Source of the DNA: Octopus sinensis
Taxonomy: Eukaryota
Reading direction: 5' to 3'
DNA: 64,000 nt
Assembly (NCBI RefSeq): GCF_006345805.1
Contig: NC_043011.1
Coordinates: 62,632,464 to 62,696,463 of the forward strand
Positions 41,270-55,879 of the stretch are shown piece after piece. A program made the position numbers and the translations under genes. The notes below the pieces were generated by a model. The model saw only the letters and a list, made by a program, of their open reading frames with translations. It was not told the DNA's origin and did not search any database. Within the stretch, counting starts at the first letter, position 1. Each line of letters opens with the position of its first letter.

Positions 41270-41610
41270 TTATCTGATATGCACACTACAAATAGTTGTG
41301 AGGCCGGCTTTGTATTTAGATATTCAACGAACGCAAGAGACGAAAGAGAAATGTCAATACTGTCACTATCAGTGGCAACGATTGTAATTTATTAAATCTA
41401 GAATCCTGAACAATCTCAAAGCTTCCCCATTGTATATCAGCAGAATCCGAAATTATATATTCCTGCGTGTTTAAATAATACGTCTCGATGTCAATGTCGG
41501 ATCCATAATGGTTGACGGAACATCACCTTCTCGTTTGTCGAAGTTGCAGGATGGGATTGTGGAATTACTTCCCGAATCATTCAAATTGTGTAATTGTGCA
41601 GAAGACCCAC
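41270..41610 (-). pseudogene. FN3-like remnant, frameshifted
   Basis: Acceptor attttgtAG (exon start 41610). Motifs: LHNLNDSGSNSTIPSC, YLNTQEYIISDSA, ITIVATDSDSIDISL in successive frames. Confidence 0.4.
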
Positions 41611-41901
41611 CTACAAAATCTATTTTAATTACAAGATGTGGCAAATAACTGATAAGCAGATTTTATCGAATAATCAGCACTTCTGGAGAATGATGTTTAT
41701 TGAACTGCAAGGGGAATATATCGTCCTTTGTTCTATCGATACGAGGTATTGGAAATTTACACAAGTCCACATACACAGATATATGTGTTTGTATGTGTGT
41801 GTATATATACACATACATACACACACACACACCACACACACATATATACATATATATACAGACCTAGAGATACACAGATATATACGACCCCGCTATATGT
41901 A

Positions 41902-41935
<34 letters not shown>

Positions 41936-42688
41936 TGTGTATGTGTGTGTCTATACATATATGTATATGTATATCTATATCTATATCTCTCTCTATATAT
42001 ATATACATACATACATACATACATACTTAATACATACATACATACATAAATACATACATACATACACGCATGTATTCATATATATATATACACATTTATA
42101 ATAAATATATGTGCAAGTCTCTTGCTGTGTCTTTCTCTCTCTTTCCCTCTCTCTTTCTCTCTCACACACTCATACACATAACCATAGACGTGATACAGAA
42201 AAAAATATATAATCTCAGAATGGAATTATTGTATTACAGTGCCAGTCTTATCTGTCTGCTAATGGCGCCGACTTACCGTATCATTTGTTGAACTTTCATT
42301 AATATTTGTACATTCCTGCCTTTGCTTCCAGAAATTTCTTTCACATTCGGTTACAGATATTCTATTGCAACAAAATACACATTCCTCTATTACAATAGAT
42401 TATCGGTTCAGCCGTAAATGATGATTTGATAATACACTAAGCTTAGTCAATTTCGGTCAACTCTCAATTAGACCATTGCATTAAAATCTGTTTGCAGAGA
42501 AAACCTTTTAAATCACAATAAGTTTGTTTGTCTGAAATACAAGCGAGTTTATACAATAGACAAACGGATACCTATAATTTTTAAACGCCTACCCCTACAT
42601 ACATACACACACATACACACACATAACATACAAGGATAGGAGCATATAGATACATGCGTCCATGCACATGGATCGATATTCCACTGTG

Positions 42689-42726
<38 letters not shown>

Positions 42727-42815
42727 AGGAGAATTCACCAAAAAACAAAAGACGAACACAGGTAGAGTAGACAACAAAAGGATGTACTAGTTTAATGCTC
42801 GGGAAGTGAAAAAGT

Positions 42816-42851
42816 CTTTAACGTTTCGAGCCTACGCTCTTCCACAGAAAG
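42816..42851 (-). ncRNA. Hammerhead-like motif with U6
   Basis: CTTT-CTGTGGA-A-GAGC(GTAG)GCTC-GAAAC-GTT-AAAG, within a repeat spanning ~42725-42860. Confidence 0.5.
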
Positions 42852-42959
42852 GAACACAGAATATCCATCTAAATTTCATTGTGAGTGTTTTTTTTTGTTT
42901 TGTAGATGGTTTTATTTATCTATTTTAATGATGATTTCTATGTCTTTTTCAGATCGTAA

Positions 42960-43710
42960 AATATAAGCCAAGATGTGTGACCACATTGAGTTTGAAATTC
43001 TCGAATGGGGAGATCTTCCGTCACCAGAAAAGTTGGACTTGGTTTTTCGAGATCTACCAAGTGAAGGACCATCACTGAATTTGAGAAGCAGAGCAAAACC
43101 TTTCAGTAGGTGGCGTATGTCCGCCAAGACTTCGGAGCTCACTAAAAGTGATCGACGAGTGTTGATTCGCCTGACAACTTGAGTCCCAAAAGTGACTAGA
43201 GAGTTGAATCAGCATCTAACTAGCCCAGTGTCGATCAAAACTGTTCGCCCTGCGATTAATAAAGCCGGGTATCATGGAGGAGCTGCCATCAGGAAACCTC
43301 TACTTTCTTATCAAAATATTTATAAAAGGCTGACCCGTTGAAGAGACCATAAGAGCTGGTCGGCAGAACAATTGAAGGAAGTAATAATCTTATCGGAGTC
43401 CAGTTTATATCTTTTCCCCAATGCAGGGTGAGATTATGTGTGGAGGCATCCCAGGGATGTTTTTAATCCTGACTGTCTTCTTCCTACAGTGAAGCACGAA
43501 GGATAGTCTGTGATGATTTGAGCTGCCATTTCTTGGAATTCTCTTGGTTCAACCGAAGCACTGCATGGTAGGATCAACAGCGATGATTATCTGAATATTT
43601 TGGGAAATTAAGTCCTTCCCATTGTCCAGACATTATTTTCTGATGGTGAGTGCAGCTTCCAAGATGACAACGCTCCAATACTTAGCTCTCATATGGTTAA
43701 GAATTGTTAC
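42960..43710 (+). mobile_element. Degraded Tc1-like transposase
   Basis: AIRKPLL, LSESS, LLPTVKHEG*SVMI, SFQDDNAPI; cut off at a (TA)n tract at ~43710. Confidence 0.9.
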
Positions 43711-43711
43711 G

Positions 43712-43819
<108 letters not shown>

Positions 43820-44104
43820 GTATGTATATAATACAAAATGGGACAAGAACGCACAACATCCGGACAGTTTGTTGATACAAAAGGGGACAACAGAACGTCC
43901 CCACCTCTTCATCAGTTATAGGTCACAAGGTCAAACGCAATTTCGCGGCTTTAACGATAATATTGATTCCCATTGAAAGTTTTGTATTTTTAAAATATAA
44001 CATCTTTTATATTTGCGTATATCCGAATCATTCTTTTCATATGGAAGATTAAACAACGTAGTGCATTGCAACTAAATGGATTAACAAATACCTATATCCT
44101 CACG

Positions 44105-44167
<63 letters not shown>

Positions 44168-45179
44168 ATATTATATGTATATATCTTTGAGAGTTTATAC
44201 TGGTTGAACTCTTCGGCCATAATACACATTCTATCATCGCTTGCTTATTCCTGTTAAAGTCGATATATATATATATATATATATATATCTGAAAATTACA
44301 GCCACTATTTTCACCTATCCTATTTCCTCCTTCTCCTCCTCCTCCTCCTCCTCCTCCCCCTATTCCCTTCCCCTCCTCCTCTTCGTCTCTCTCTCTCTCT
44401 GTGTTTCTCTGTATTTCTTCCTCTCCACCCTCGTCTTTCTAGTTTGATTATTGACTATAGATATATGAAGTGCTTGCTAAAACCAAGAACAAATCTTTAA
44501 ATCTATTTTTGTACCCAACCTTTGGCATTCGAATCTCTGGTCGTAGATATTCATTTGGCAGTGTTGTTTCAATTGTGACTCTTCAGCTTTAGGGTGTTTT
44601 CCTATCAATCTCAGAATGTCTCAGAAGACTTGCAGAGATTCGTATACTGTCTCTTGATTATTTCCTAAGGCCATTGAACACAAATATTACAATACACTGA
44701 CAAATTACATACATTTCGACAATCAGCTTCTATTAACATATCTCTGAATTTCAAACAATGTCTTGGCATCTCTTTACAAATTAAGACCTCTTACTCCATT
44801 CAGCCATTATCTGCCGATACCAAAACACACTTTTACAAGCAAATATTATTGTATCACATATTACCGGTATAGGATGGATCGAGAAGTTAGGTTTTTCATT
44901 TCATCATGAAAAAGTACCGAGTTCGATACCACTGCACAGTATCTTGGCTAAGTGTCTTCTGTGTACCATTTGGTTTCATACAATTATTGGGAAGGAAAAC
45001 AGCAGATAATTTGAAGCTTTCCTGGCAGTTCATGTATAATATTACTTTACGCAGTCTACTTTAGCGCAAACATTAAGACCAGGTCTCCCACAAAATGATT
45101 CGTAAATTCGCAATTCTATGTAGCTCGCTTTAAGATTTTTACTCAATAGATGAAACGCAGAGCTCACATCCTTTTAAAC

Positions 45180-45690
45180 ATCACAATCATTGATAATATT
45201 TTCCTACGTCTTGTGAACGTCTGTCGATATTTGCCACAGAGTAGACACCATTCGGCAATAGGGCGTATAGTGATGTTAAAACGAGAAACGGATTAAGGCT
45301 ACCATCAACCCAAATATGAATGATCTTCTTACCTCTACGAAATTACTCTCAGAATGTCTCATGGCTGCTCCGAGGAAATGGTAGGAGATACTATACTGTC
45401 CACAGAGTGACTTAGTTAAATTCAGTCCGAGACTACCAAAAATGCGGGTGGAACATCTAAACAACATTTCTATATCTACGCTGGCTGATTGCTATAGCAA
45501 ACCAAGGGCTGCAGAGTGGTTTTCGTTCCTTGACTCCCTTCTTTCTGAAAAGTCCCACGAAATTCACAGGAACTGTTTTTGTTATCTTTATGATAAAATA
45601 CACCACAATATTGGATCCAAAGTTTAGCAGAAGACCAGAAATTCTGTGGGAGTGGTAAAGCGATTATATCGACCCCAAAAAGATCCACGA
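45180..45690 (-). pseudogene. FN3-like remnant including a GT-AG bounded exon (45333-45456)
   Basis: LPLPQNFWSSAKLW; exon gttgtttAG...GAG/GTAAGA, open in one frame (LGLNLTKSLCGQYSISYHF); downstream ALLPNGVYSVANI. Confidence 0.45.
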
Positions 45691-45719
45691 CAAATTCGAC
45701 CGCGGCGGAAATAAAATCC

Positions 45720-45870
45720 TAATTTTCATTTCAAATGTTGGCACAAGGCCAGAAATTTCGGTGTTAGGATTAAATCGATTACATCAACCTCCCCAGGTCA
45801 CGCTTACTCAAGTGTTACTTATTTTATCTGCCTCCAAATGATTTAATGACAAAGTCGACGTCGGCAAAAA
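45720..45870 (-). mobile_element. SINE family C fragment
   Basis: GTTGGCACAAGGCCAG...AAAGTCGAC. Confidence 0.65.
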
Positions 45871-46930
45871 TAATCCCAATATTAAAATAGATTAGAGCTA
45901 ATCTTCAGTCTTCATGTATTCACATTTACAAGCTTAAATTATAACCTTACTTAATATAGAAATTTAAGGATTTATACCGTAGATATGTAATATGGCTTTC
46001 AGAACAATAACTGTGAAAGGTGATATACAGAATTTAGGGTCATTTTAGCCATTTCGTTTGTCCATTTTAGCGGCTTCGATTCGTGAAGGCGTGTCGAGGT
46101 CTTGGGCTGTGTATTCTGCTTCAGTGAAATATATAGTCGTTCTTACCGAAATGTGGTCAACATAATTGAAAGAGAAACGTTACTGTTGAACGTTTTGTAG
46201 TTCATAACTGTTTCGAATAAATTTAGTTAAAAGTTGTAGAGATATATCAAGTGAATAAAAAATATTTGGTTCCTAAGCTTTCACAACAGGTATTTAAATA
46301 TGTTGAATTAACAGAGGACATATAAATAATTGGAGAAAGGAAAGGTGTCAGAGAAAACAAGAGTGCGTAAGTTTTGCGCGTCTACTTGCATGCGTTCGTG
46401 CGCGTATCCAGCTGTGTGTTAAATTAAACAAAAAACTGCACCCCACCAGACACGAACGTACCCAGATAAGGGGTTGGCAAAAGGGACTTAGTGACAGCCG
46501 AAAAATTTAAAGAAGCAGATGCTGCTCAAAATCAAAAGTGCAACTCTGTTTAAAACCGCAAATATTCCATATGGAACTTTTGCATTGTAATAGCGTTGAA
46601 AAACCGTGGTACTGAAACAGTTGTAACTGGTCGGTAAACGTGCGCCAAACTCAGTCTTCGTCTCATTATTTGGATTTCCTTTTATTCTTCGCTACATCCA
46701 TTGTATTAAACATTGTATTTAACGGTGTGAAAACGGGATTATTTTTACATACCAAAATTTCGATCTTCCTTAAGACTCCAGTTTTAGAATGTAGGTAACT
46801 TTATCCATAGATTCAGTGCTGCTTAGAAATATAATGATTATCTACCTTTTAAGAACCAAAATGCATACGTATGAGTGTGTGTATGTATGTATGTAAATAT
46901 ATAGATAGAATAAATTGTGATCCAGCTGGT

Positions 46931-47120
46931 TCAATGCATCGGATAATGTATAGCACGTATATACAAGGGAAAGAAAAAGTTATCTAAGTACAGCAGGAGA
47001 TCCAGGCAATCCGAGGGTGGAAGTTCTTTATCATTTTTCATAGACAAATACAGATCTAGGTAGCCATACAATAATGATGAGTTAGTACGGAGTTTGAGAG
47101 TTCTCTCATGTTGATTCAAC
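46931..47120 (-). pseudogene. Exon-like FN3 remnant
   Basis: Strong acceptor ttattttgtctatccAG; NSSLLYGYLDLY ... LLLYLDNFFFPLYIRA. Confidence 0.4.
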
Positions 47121-47449
47121 CTGGATAGACAAAATAAATCCATAGGGAAAAACCACTTAATAGATAGGGAAGTGTAAGGAGTTCTTTACAGCTGTTTCTG
47201 GGGTTGGTGCAATTAAACCTGTTCCTTTTGCTTATATATAAATAAGGTAGATTGGTGCAATTTACTGTATATAGAGGAGGACAGTCAATTTCACCAATCT
47301 ATCTTATGTATATGTTGGAAAAATTCACAGTTATGTTTCTAAGGTACACCTAGACCAGAAACAGTTGTAAAGTACTACATACAAAAGAACTAGAGTAAAC
47401 AACTTTCAAACTGCGCTCAGGTCAAGCTGTATTCTCTTATAGAATTGTA

Positions 47450-47830
47450 TACAAACTTTGAGATTTCTAAAACTTGTGCAATATTTGAGACTTGTAGGAC
47501 GAATAAAACGTCTAGAATGGAATACATATATTTCTCAGTTGTGGTTGAGGAACAGGTTAAAGGGAAACAGCTACAACAGGCTCGACAACAACAACATTAA
47601 AACACTATTACCAAAACGACCTCCAATTGCAACAATAATTTACAGTTCATCTTTCAAATTCTATTATTCAGAGGACTTAAGCAAAAAAAAATCGTCAAAT
47701 GCTTCCGAAAGCTTTCCGAACCAAACAGTAACAAAATGTAATCAAAGTACGGGAATAAACTGGCTCGATATTACATTACACTCTGATGTGACGAAGATTT
47801 CAAACTCATTCTCATGATATTTAGTCGACT
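47450..47830 (-). pseudogene. FN3-like remnant
   Basis: One frame with stops: ENEFEIFVTSECNVISS, HFVTVWFGKLSEAFDDFFL, TSLKYCTSF. Confidence 0.45.
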
Positions 47831-48139
47831 CTCATCCACACGAATTACATCCACCGCCAGCACCACCATTGTAATAACCATCACTTCCATCAAATATACT
47901 TCTATTATTAATATGACGTCACGGCGATCCCCAGCACCACTCACAGCAGTCCGTACTTAACTGCCAACTTCTGCATTTCACCTCGCATAAACCCGTTACA
48001 GTAAAAAGAGATAAAAACATTTATTTCTGACAGTTGAGACACCTTTATTTCTCCTCCTATTTCGCCCATGGGATATTTTCATCTTCATCAGGATAATCAC
48101 GATCCATATCCTCTCCCCTCCCCTCCTCCTCCCCGTCCT

Positions 48140-49169
<1,030 letters not shown>

Positions 49170-49170
<1 letters not shown>

Positions 49171-50200
49171 AACACACATACATTTCGCGGCATATTGCAG
49201 CAGTTCTTCATTACTATTTATCAAATACTCGGCAAGTGTTCTGCTTCCACTCCTTATACAATGGTCTATACTAATTACTTCTCTGCCACCATTCTTTCTT
49301 TTCATATACGGTCTGTGTACGTTTGATTTATGGTGTAGCGCCCCATGCAACATCATCAACTTTCTTGTCCTTCTATCCAATGTTAATATTTTCAGCTTAG
49401 TCCATTTGAGGATGGACGCAGTATATCTGACCACCGCAACTGTCCAGGTATTCATTGCGGTAATTAAATGTTTGGCATTCACGTTGGATTTCAACACCAT
49501 CTTCACTAATTTTCGATACGCTTCGTTGAGCTGTTATCCAGCTCCCAAATCCCTAAATATCTATTCTGACTACTGTTGGGTTCACCCATGTTCTTTCGTA
49601 ATGGTAGCCGCAAACCTCTGAAGGAGTCTTTCTTCCCTCTTTTCATGTTAAGTACTGAGCATTTAGTAATCCCAAATTCTATACCAGTCTAACAACCACA
49701 CTTCTGGACTGTTTTTGTTAAAGAATCTATCTGTTTCTCAGATTTTCCAAACGATTCCAGGTCATCCATAAACAGAAGACGCTTCAAGGATGGGCCATTC
49801 TTCCCACATCTGTAAATCACCTTAACTCACCTGAGTGTTGTTGTTATGGGTGTTAGTGTAGTTTCAAATAGAGACGGAGGAAACGAGTTACCTTAGAATA
49901 TGTCCATTTTAATATTGATTTCTCCAAGGAATACATTAATTGAGTACAATTTGGTTTTACATTCTTTCATGCTATGCATTAGAAAATTTGTCATGTTGTC
50001 AGCAACACCAAACATCTGCAGGCATTCAACGACCCAAGAATGAGACATCATAGCATATGATTTATTAAAGTCAATTCAAGCAATACACATATTTCTAAGA
50101 TGTTTTTTACAATGCTACAAAACTCTTTTTACGATGACCAGGTGATAGTTGGGACCCTGAGAATTCCTCCCACATCCTTTTCATTCACAGAGTCTCTTTC
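49170..50200 (-). mobile_element. Degraded non-LTR retrotransposon RT, R4/Dong-like
   Basis: IDFNKSYAMMSHSWVVECLQMFGV, LLFMDDL, INTW-like AMNTWTVAVVRY, LDRRTRKLM, RKNGGRE; the 3' end runs into a microsatellite. Confidence 0.85.
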
Positions 50201-50611
50201 CAGGATACTTAACACCGAGGTAACAATTACAAAATCTATGATATTTCGAATACAGAAGGTGTGTGAGCTTGTTCTATTTTCGATGATTGAGTTTGTATCA
50301 GGTGGACGAGGTTGAAAGTTGTGAGGAAAGAAGGGCCCCTCATCGATCAAGCCCTCATCAACTCTTCTTGAGTTCCACGTGGAAAGGAAATTGAGGGTGA
50401 AGTGGAAAGTCCTAGTAAATTTGTGAAAAGATGGCTGACTGCGATGGAAATGCTTAGGGTGGATGGTTATACTCTAGGCATATTCCAGGATATATATTTC
50501 TATGTATGCATACATGTATGTATGTTTGTATGTATGTATCTATCTATCTGTGTGCATGTGTTTGAATGTATGTAGGCATGTATGTGCGTATACATACATA
50601 CATATATATAC

Positions 50612-50697
<86 letters not shown>

Positions 50698-51149
50698 ATA
50701 TACATATATATGTGTGTGCATATTCCGATAGCAATAGGCGTCGTACCTATTCCAAGGCTGATCGTGTATTTTTGAGGTTTTTCGATTGGCCCTAGTTGCA
50801 GGTCCTCCTGTATTAATTGGCCAGTATACTTTTTATACTTAGTATACTTCCATGGCATTTCAATGCCATTTCCATTTTCTCCTCATTATTTATGCAACGC
50901 CAACACAGATTGTCTATGACTCTGTGGCTGATAGAAATTCTTAATATTCAGATTAGTATTTTTATTATAAAACAAAAATCTTTATTGAAGCACGCGAAAA
51001 AGATTTGTTTAGAAAAATAAATGTATAAAACATTAAATTATCGAGAATTTAAAGCGTTTTTTCCTTTTAGAAAAATATAAGTGAACTCAGAAATCAAGCA
51101 CCGAAGTAATCCACATTTCAGCAAGGAAAAGAAGAAGAAGGAGAAGTAT

Positions 51150-52371
51150 ATTGGACACGTTTAACGGACCGTACTACTCTGCTTGTTGTGTCTATCCTCG
51201 ACCAATGATAGAAATCCACCGTTAATACTCTCAGACATAGAATATGTGGGCAAACTCTGAATGAGGTTCATGCCCACCACTAGGCCTTTGTAGAATACAT
51301 TGGTTGATATATGACTGGTCGTGTTGCTTGACTGCTAGAAAATCCTTTGATCACACTATATTCCGAGGGCCAAATCTTGATCTTTGCTTCTCCTAAGACT
51401 GCAGCATTTTCGAAGCGGAGAACTCTAGGGATAGAAACCTTATAAAAATTTACCGCATCTCGCAGGAGAGACAGATTTGCAAATGCTGTAGATTCTGTAC
51501 ATGCTTGTATCCTCAACGACAGCATGTCGAGTTCTTTACGCTGGGGATATTGGTGGCAGATGGGAAAGGATTTCTAACATCGTAGAATATGTGAAGATGA
51601 GCAAGCACCAAGGTCGAGTCGTAACAAGCAAAGACAATATATGCGTTTGTCACTCCTACCCAGCCTTTCAGGAATAGAAGCGTCTCAACGTATTTTTTTC
51701 CCAGCCTTCTATTACTATTGCCAGTGTCACCATGTATCTGATTTTTTTTTTTGCGCAAATTTCAAGATACGAACTTAACTGAATCTACGGCCCAGAGCAC
51801 TACATGATATGAAGTATATTCTGCTAAATTAGCGCAAAGCGCTCCAGGTCGTCCCGATGAATGCGTCCCCTTCTTAATATTTCGCTTATCATACATTATC
51901 TTACTAGTTATCTTGATTTCCGTACTGGCTGTTGCTTTGACGTCGACCACATACTTATATACATTTACAGCTTCTTCTCTCCCTAGGTAGTTCTCAACAC
52001 CTTTCGAGGTTGGCCGACAGCTGAAAGAACCAAATGGTAGAGAAACGATGTACAGCCGATTGGTCAAAATTTTGAGCATACCGCGATATCCCACCCCCAT
52101 GATCTATAAAATACTGGATTTCAATAACATAGGATGACTTGATGCTATTTCCCATATCTGTATTAAGAATTTTAGCAAATCCAGTCGGTATCTTGCAGAT
52201 ATTTGAAAACGCTTTCATGGTTTTGTAATTGTTTACACTGTCGTGTTCTCGGACACGCTCATGCAATCTCAGCGTGCATTGTACATGTCATTCCAGTACA
52301 CTGCCATTATTGACGAATGGGATGTTCCAGAGTCGACACTAGACGCTTGGAAATATCCGACTGCTCTACCG
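51150..52371 (-). pseudogene. Remnant of about four tandem FN3-like domains
   Basis: Four overlapping 81-112 aa ORFs tile one strand. F-strand-like motifs YVIEIQY, YHVVLWA, LSLRIQA and YSMSESI recur about every 85-100 residues. Also SSIMAVYWND and PRVLRFE...KIKIWP...IKGF. Acceptor with exon start at 52371; a candidate 61-nt intron 52021-52081 preserves frame. Confidence 0.55.
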
Positions 52372-53287
52372 CTGTTGTAGAAGACACAGCAACAAATTAA
52401 AAAGCATTATTTTTGCTGCTATTCAAGCACTGGCTCACCATGTATATTAATGTACCTCATCTGTTCCTCGAATACCAGACGATAACGGAACAACTCTACT
52501 TTTTGCATTCCGCTTAAAACCAACAAAGTGTTACGTGCCGTTGGGAAGAAACAATAACATAATTATTGTATTATAGTATCTTTGTATTGTGTGGTCGAAA
52601 TTTAGTTCAATTCAACTTTATTTGATTACTTCTGTTTCATTGTATTATATTTAACGGTTCTGGCGCTGCTTATCTTTTATTAGGCTGTTTCCAACGTAAT
52701 AACACTATTGTTATATTATCGTAGAAACGCACAAATCTAATTGAGTTAACAATAGGCATGATAAATCTTCTGCTATTTTCTTGACTAAGATAACAAAGAG
52801 AAGGAAAGGAGAATCTGCTTTTATTAAACATTTCGAAAACAAAAGAAAAAATGGCGGTGTATAAGACTAACACAGAATGTGATTAGATTTTAATATGGCT
52901 GAGGATAAAATACACCAGGGAAGGTTTTGAATCAGTGCGTGTTTGTAAAAAGTATGTAATATAACAATGAGGTCACAATCTTCATTCATCTGTATGAGAT
53001 TGCTCTAATCGATATATGGGCAGTTTTTTCTCAATAGTACTATTGAACAGAAGAGAATCCATACGCCATGGGAGATAAATTCCAGAAAATTATTTTAAAT
53101 AAATGTTTGGTCAATATAATGTGGAAACTTCATATCTACCTGAATGTATGTATACGTGCATATATTTATGAATACATGTATGTATATCTGTATATATATG
53201 TATAGCATACGGTATTCAAGTTTGGGTTTCATCTTCAAAGAAACAGAAAAACTGCAGTCTATCTGTCTATCTATCTATCAATCTATC

Positions 53288-53326
<39 letters not shown>

Positions 53327-53338
53327 TATATATATACT

Positions 53339-53612
53339 CAAATAAGCAACAAGGATTTCCAAGGTACTGTAGTACAATTGTTTCGTGCTACTTCATTAAA
53401 CACTGTAGCATTACGTCAGTTTTAAAACGTCGAGCAATCTTCAACCACATATAGAAATTTTCCAATCAAACGGACAATGCACATTCTTATACTATGTAGC
53501 TGAAAATTGCTCGATATTTTAAAACTGATGTAATACTTACAGTGTTTAATAAGATGAAGTAGCATGAAACAATTGTACTACTCTACCTTGGAAATCCTGG
53601 TTGCTTATTTTG
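53339..53612. mobile_element. Foldback element with ~115-bp inverted arms
   Basis: 53339-53454 is the reverse complement of 53492-53612; a one-arm relative lies at ~5490-5635. Confidence 0.8.
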
Positions 53613-53794
53613 ATTACAATCACCCCATTTGATTTATATGGATAATACCATACAAAATTCTGGTGATTTTAACTTAAGTACCATATTCTAAATTTTGCTG
53701 AAATTAATTATTTATATCTATATATATATATATATATCTGAAACAAATAGAAGAATGAAAGAATATACTTCATATAATTATCTCCCTTGCTGCC

Positions 53795-53915
53795 TGGCAT
53801 GAGGTAAGAAGCTTGTTTCTCAATTCATAGATTTCGGGTTCAACCCCACTAAGTGACTTCTATTACGGCCCCCGGCCTACCAAAGCTTTCTGAAAAGATT
53901 TGGAAGACGGAAACG
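53795..53915 (+). mobile_element. SINE family B fragment
   Basis: GTAAGAAGCTTG...GGGTTCAACCCCACT...GACGGAAAC. Confidence 0.7.
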
Positions 53916-54011
53916 GAATGAATCATATCTTATTTCTATCCCTCACTCTCCCCTATATCTCTCTTTCTCTCTCCCTCTCTCTCTCCTCGGTGTATGTGTG
54001 TGTGTATGTGT

Positions 54012-54360
54012 GGAAGTGTAATAGTCCAGTCGTTAGGACAGGGGACACGCGGTCGTAGGATCGAGGTTTCGATTCCCAGACCGGAAGACACCTAAAGCTC
54101 CACAAAGGTTCGGCAGGGTGGTGAACCCTGCTGTACTCTTTCACCACAGCTTTCTATCACTATTTCTTCCTGTTTCTATTGTACATGTATTTCAAAGGCC
54201 CACCAGACTTGTCACAATCTGTGTTCTGCTGAATCTCCCCGAGAACTACGTTAAGGTTACACGTGGAGTGCTCAGCCAGTTGCACGTTAATTTCAAGAGC
54301 GGGCTGTTCCCTTGATCGGATCAGCTGGAACCTTCGTCGTCGTAACCGACGAAGTGCCAA
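54012..54360 (+). mobile_element. SINE family A, diverged copy
   Basis: Head plus CTGCTGTACTCTTTCACCAC body; its tail GGAACC.TCGT.GTCGTAACCGAC is also seen at ~38975-39020. Confidence 0.8.
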
Positions 54361-54367
54361 AGGAGGA

Positions 54368-54439
<72 letters not shown>

Positions 54440-54445
54440 GTGGTG

Positions 54446-54505
<60 letters not shown>

Positions 54506-54544
54506 AGCTTTGTGTGTGTCTGCGAGTGCAAAGCGAAATGTGTT

Positions 54545-54745
54545 TGTTTTTCAAGTTTTTACCCACTCACTACCGCTTGAAATCCGACATTGGTTTGTTT
54601 ATATCCCCATAATTTTGCTGTTTGGAGAGAAAGTCTGATAACTTAAGTAGCGGGTTTAAAATCAAGAATTGGTATCGACCTCGTCAACCACAAAAACCTT
54701 CAAAACTCTGCCCCAGTATGGTCGTAGTGCAATGCCTGAAACAAA
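54545..54745 (+). mobile_element. SINE family B 3' part, diverged
   Basis: TTGGTTTGTTTATATCCCC...CCCCAGTATGG...CTGAAACAAA. Confidence 0.65.
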
Positions 54746-54945
54746 TGAAACATTACAAATAAATTATACCTGGTGAATTTTGTGAGATCGTACTGAAGAC
54801 CTCCTCGTATGATACGAGATTTTTTATTTCATTTTGTTACATATGTGAAATGCGTGTGTATATCCGAACCGATTCAGATTTCAAACGATAAATTTTATTC
54901 CGGAATGGGTAGAGAAGAAGAGAGCGAGAAAGGGAGAGTGTGAGA

Positions 54946-54988
<43 letters not shown>

Positions 54989-55084
54989 AGGGAGACAGAC
55001 AGATCATAACAGAGAATAGAGGCTGAGAGGAGAAAGGCGAAACAGTGTGTGGATATTTGTGTATGTGTGTGTGTGCGTGCGTGT

Positions 55085-55126
<42 letters not shown>

Positions 55127-55879
55127 CGGTGCAGAGGTGGGTCGTAGGTAGGTGGGAGGTGCGATTCAGAGAACTTCACTAAGGAAGTTAAGTGCTCAAG
55201 TAAGAGTAAGAAGAGACAACCTGAGGAACGGAAGTAGGTAATAAATGGATTAGAAAGTGGTGGGAGGGAGGCAGACAGCCAGCCAGCCAGACAGACAGAC
55301 AGAAAGACAGACAGACAAACAGAAAGATAGATAGATAGATATAGAGAGGTGTTTGAGAGAGAGAGAGAGACTAAAACATAAAGAACGTAAAATTATGGGC
55401 GGGGCGTAGAGGGTAAGAGTTAGAGAATATTTCAAATGTTGGAGGTAAAGGGTGGGAAGGGAATAAAACCTGTGGTGAGGAATAGTGAGGGAGAGTAAGA
55501 GAGAGGGTAAGTGAAAGCGAGGGTAGGAGTGCAGACTTAAAAGTGGGAGGGGCAGAGAGAGTGAAAGGCGGGAGATTGAAGTGAAAAGACGAATCAGGAA
55601 AAGGTAACTAATACTTTGATAAAAAAAAAAAATAAGAGGTTGGGGTAGTGGAAGGGTAGCAGGGGGATAGGAAGAGGTGAAAGCGCTAAAGTGTGTGTGT
55701 ATGTATGTGGGTTGGGGGAGAGAGAACGAGAAAGGGAGAGAGAGAGAGAGAGAGAAATTGTGAGAGTGGCAGCAGGAAGCGGCGGGGGAAGGGGAAGTGA
55801 TGAGGTTACGAATCGGAAAGAAATGGGTTAAACGTTTCCTTAAACTATTTGCAATGTTTTTGTTTTTGGTTTACAGAAA

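Noticed and set aside
41350-41395. Cadherin-like ITIVATD (minus strand)
   Set aside because: No DRE, DxNDN or correctly spaced DxD motifs.
52230-52300. GIY-YIG-like LHERVREH suggesting a Penelope endonuclease
   Set aside because: No GIY/YIG motifs or adjacent RT are recognisable, and the context fits an FN3 array.
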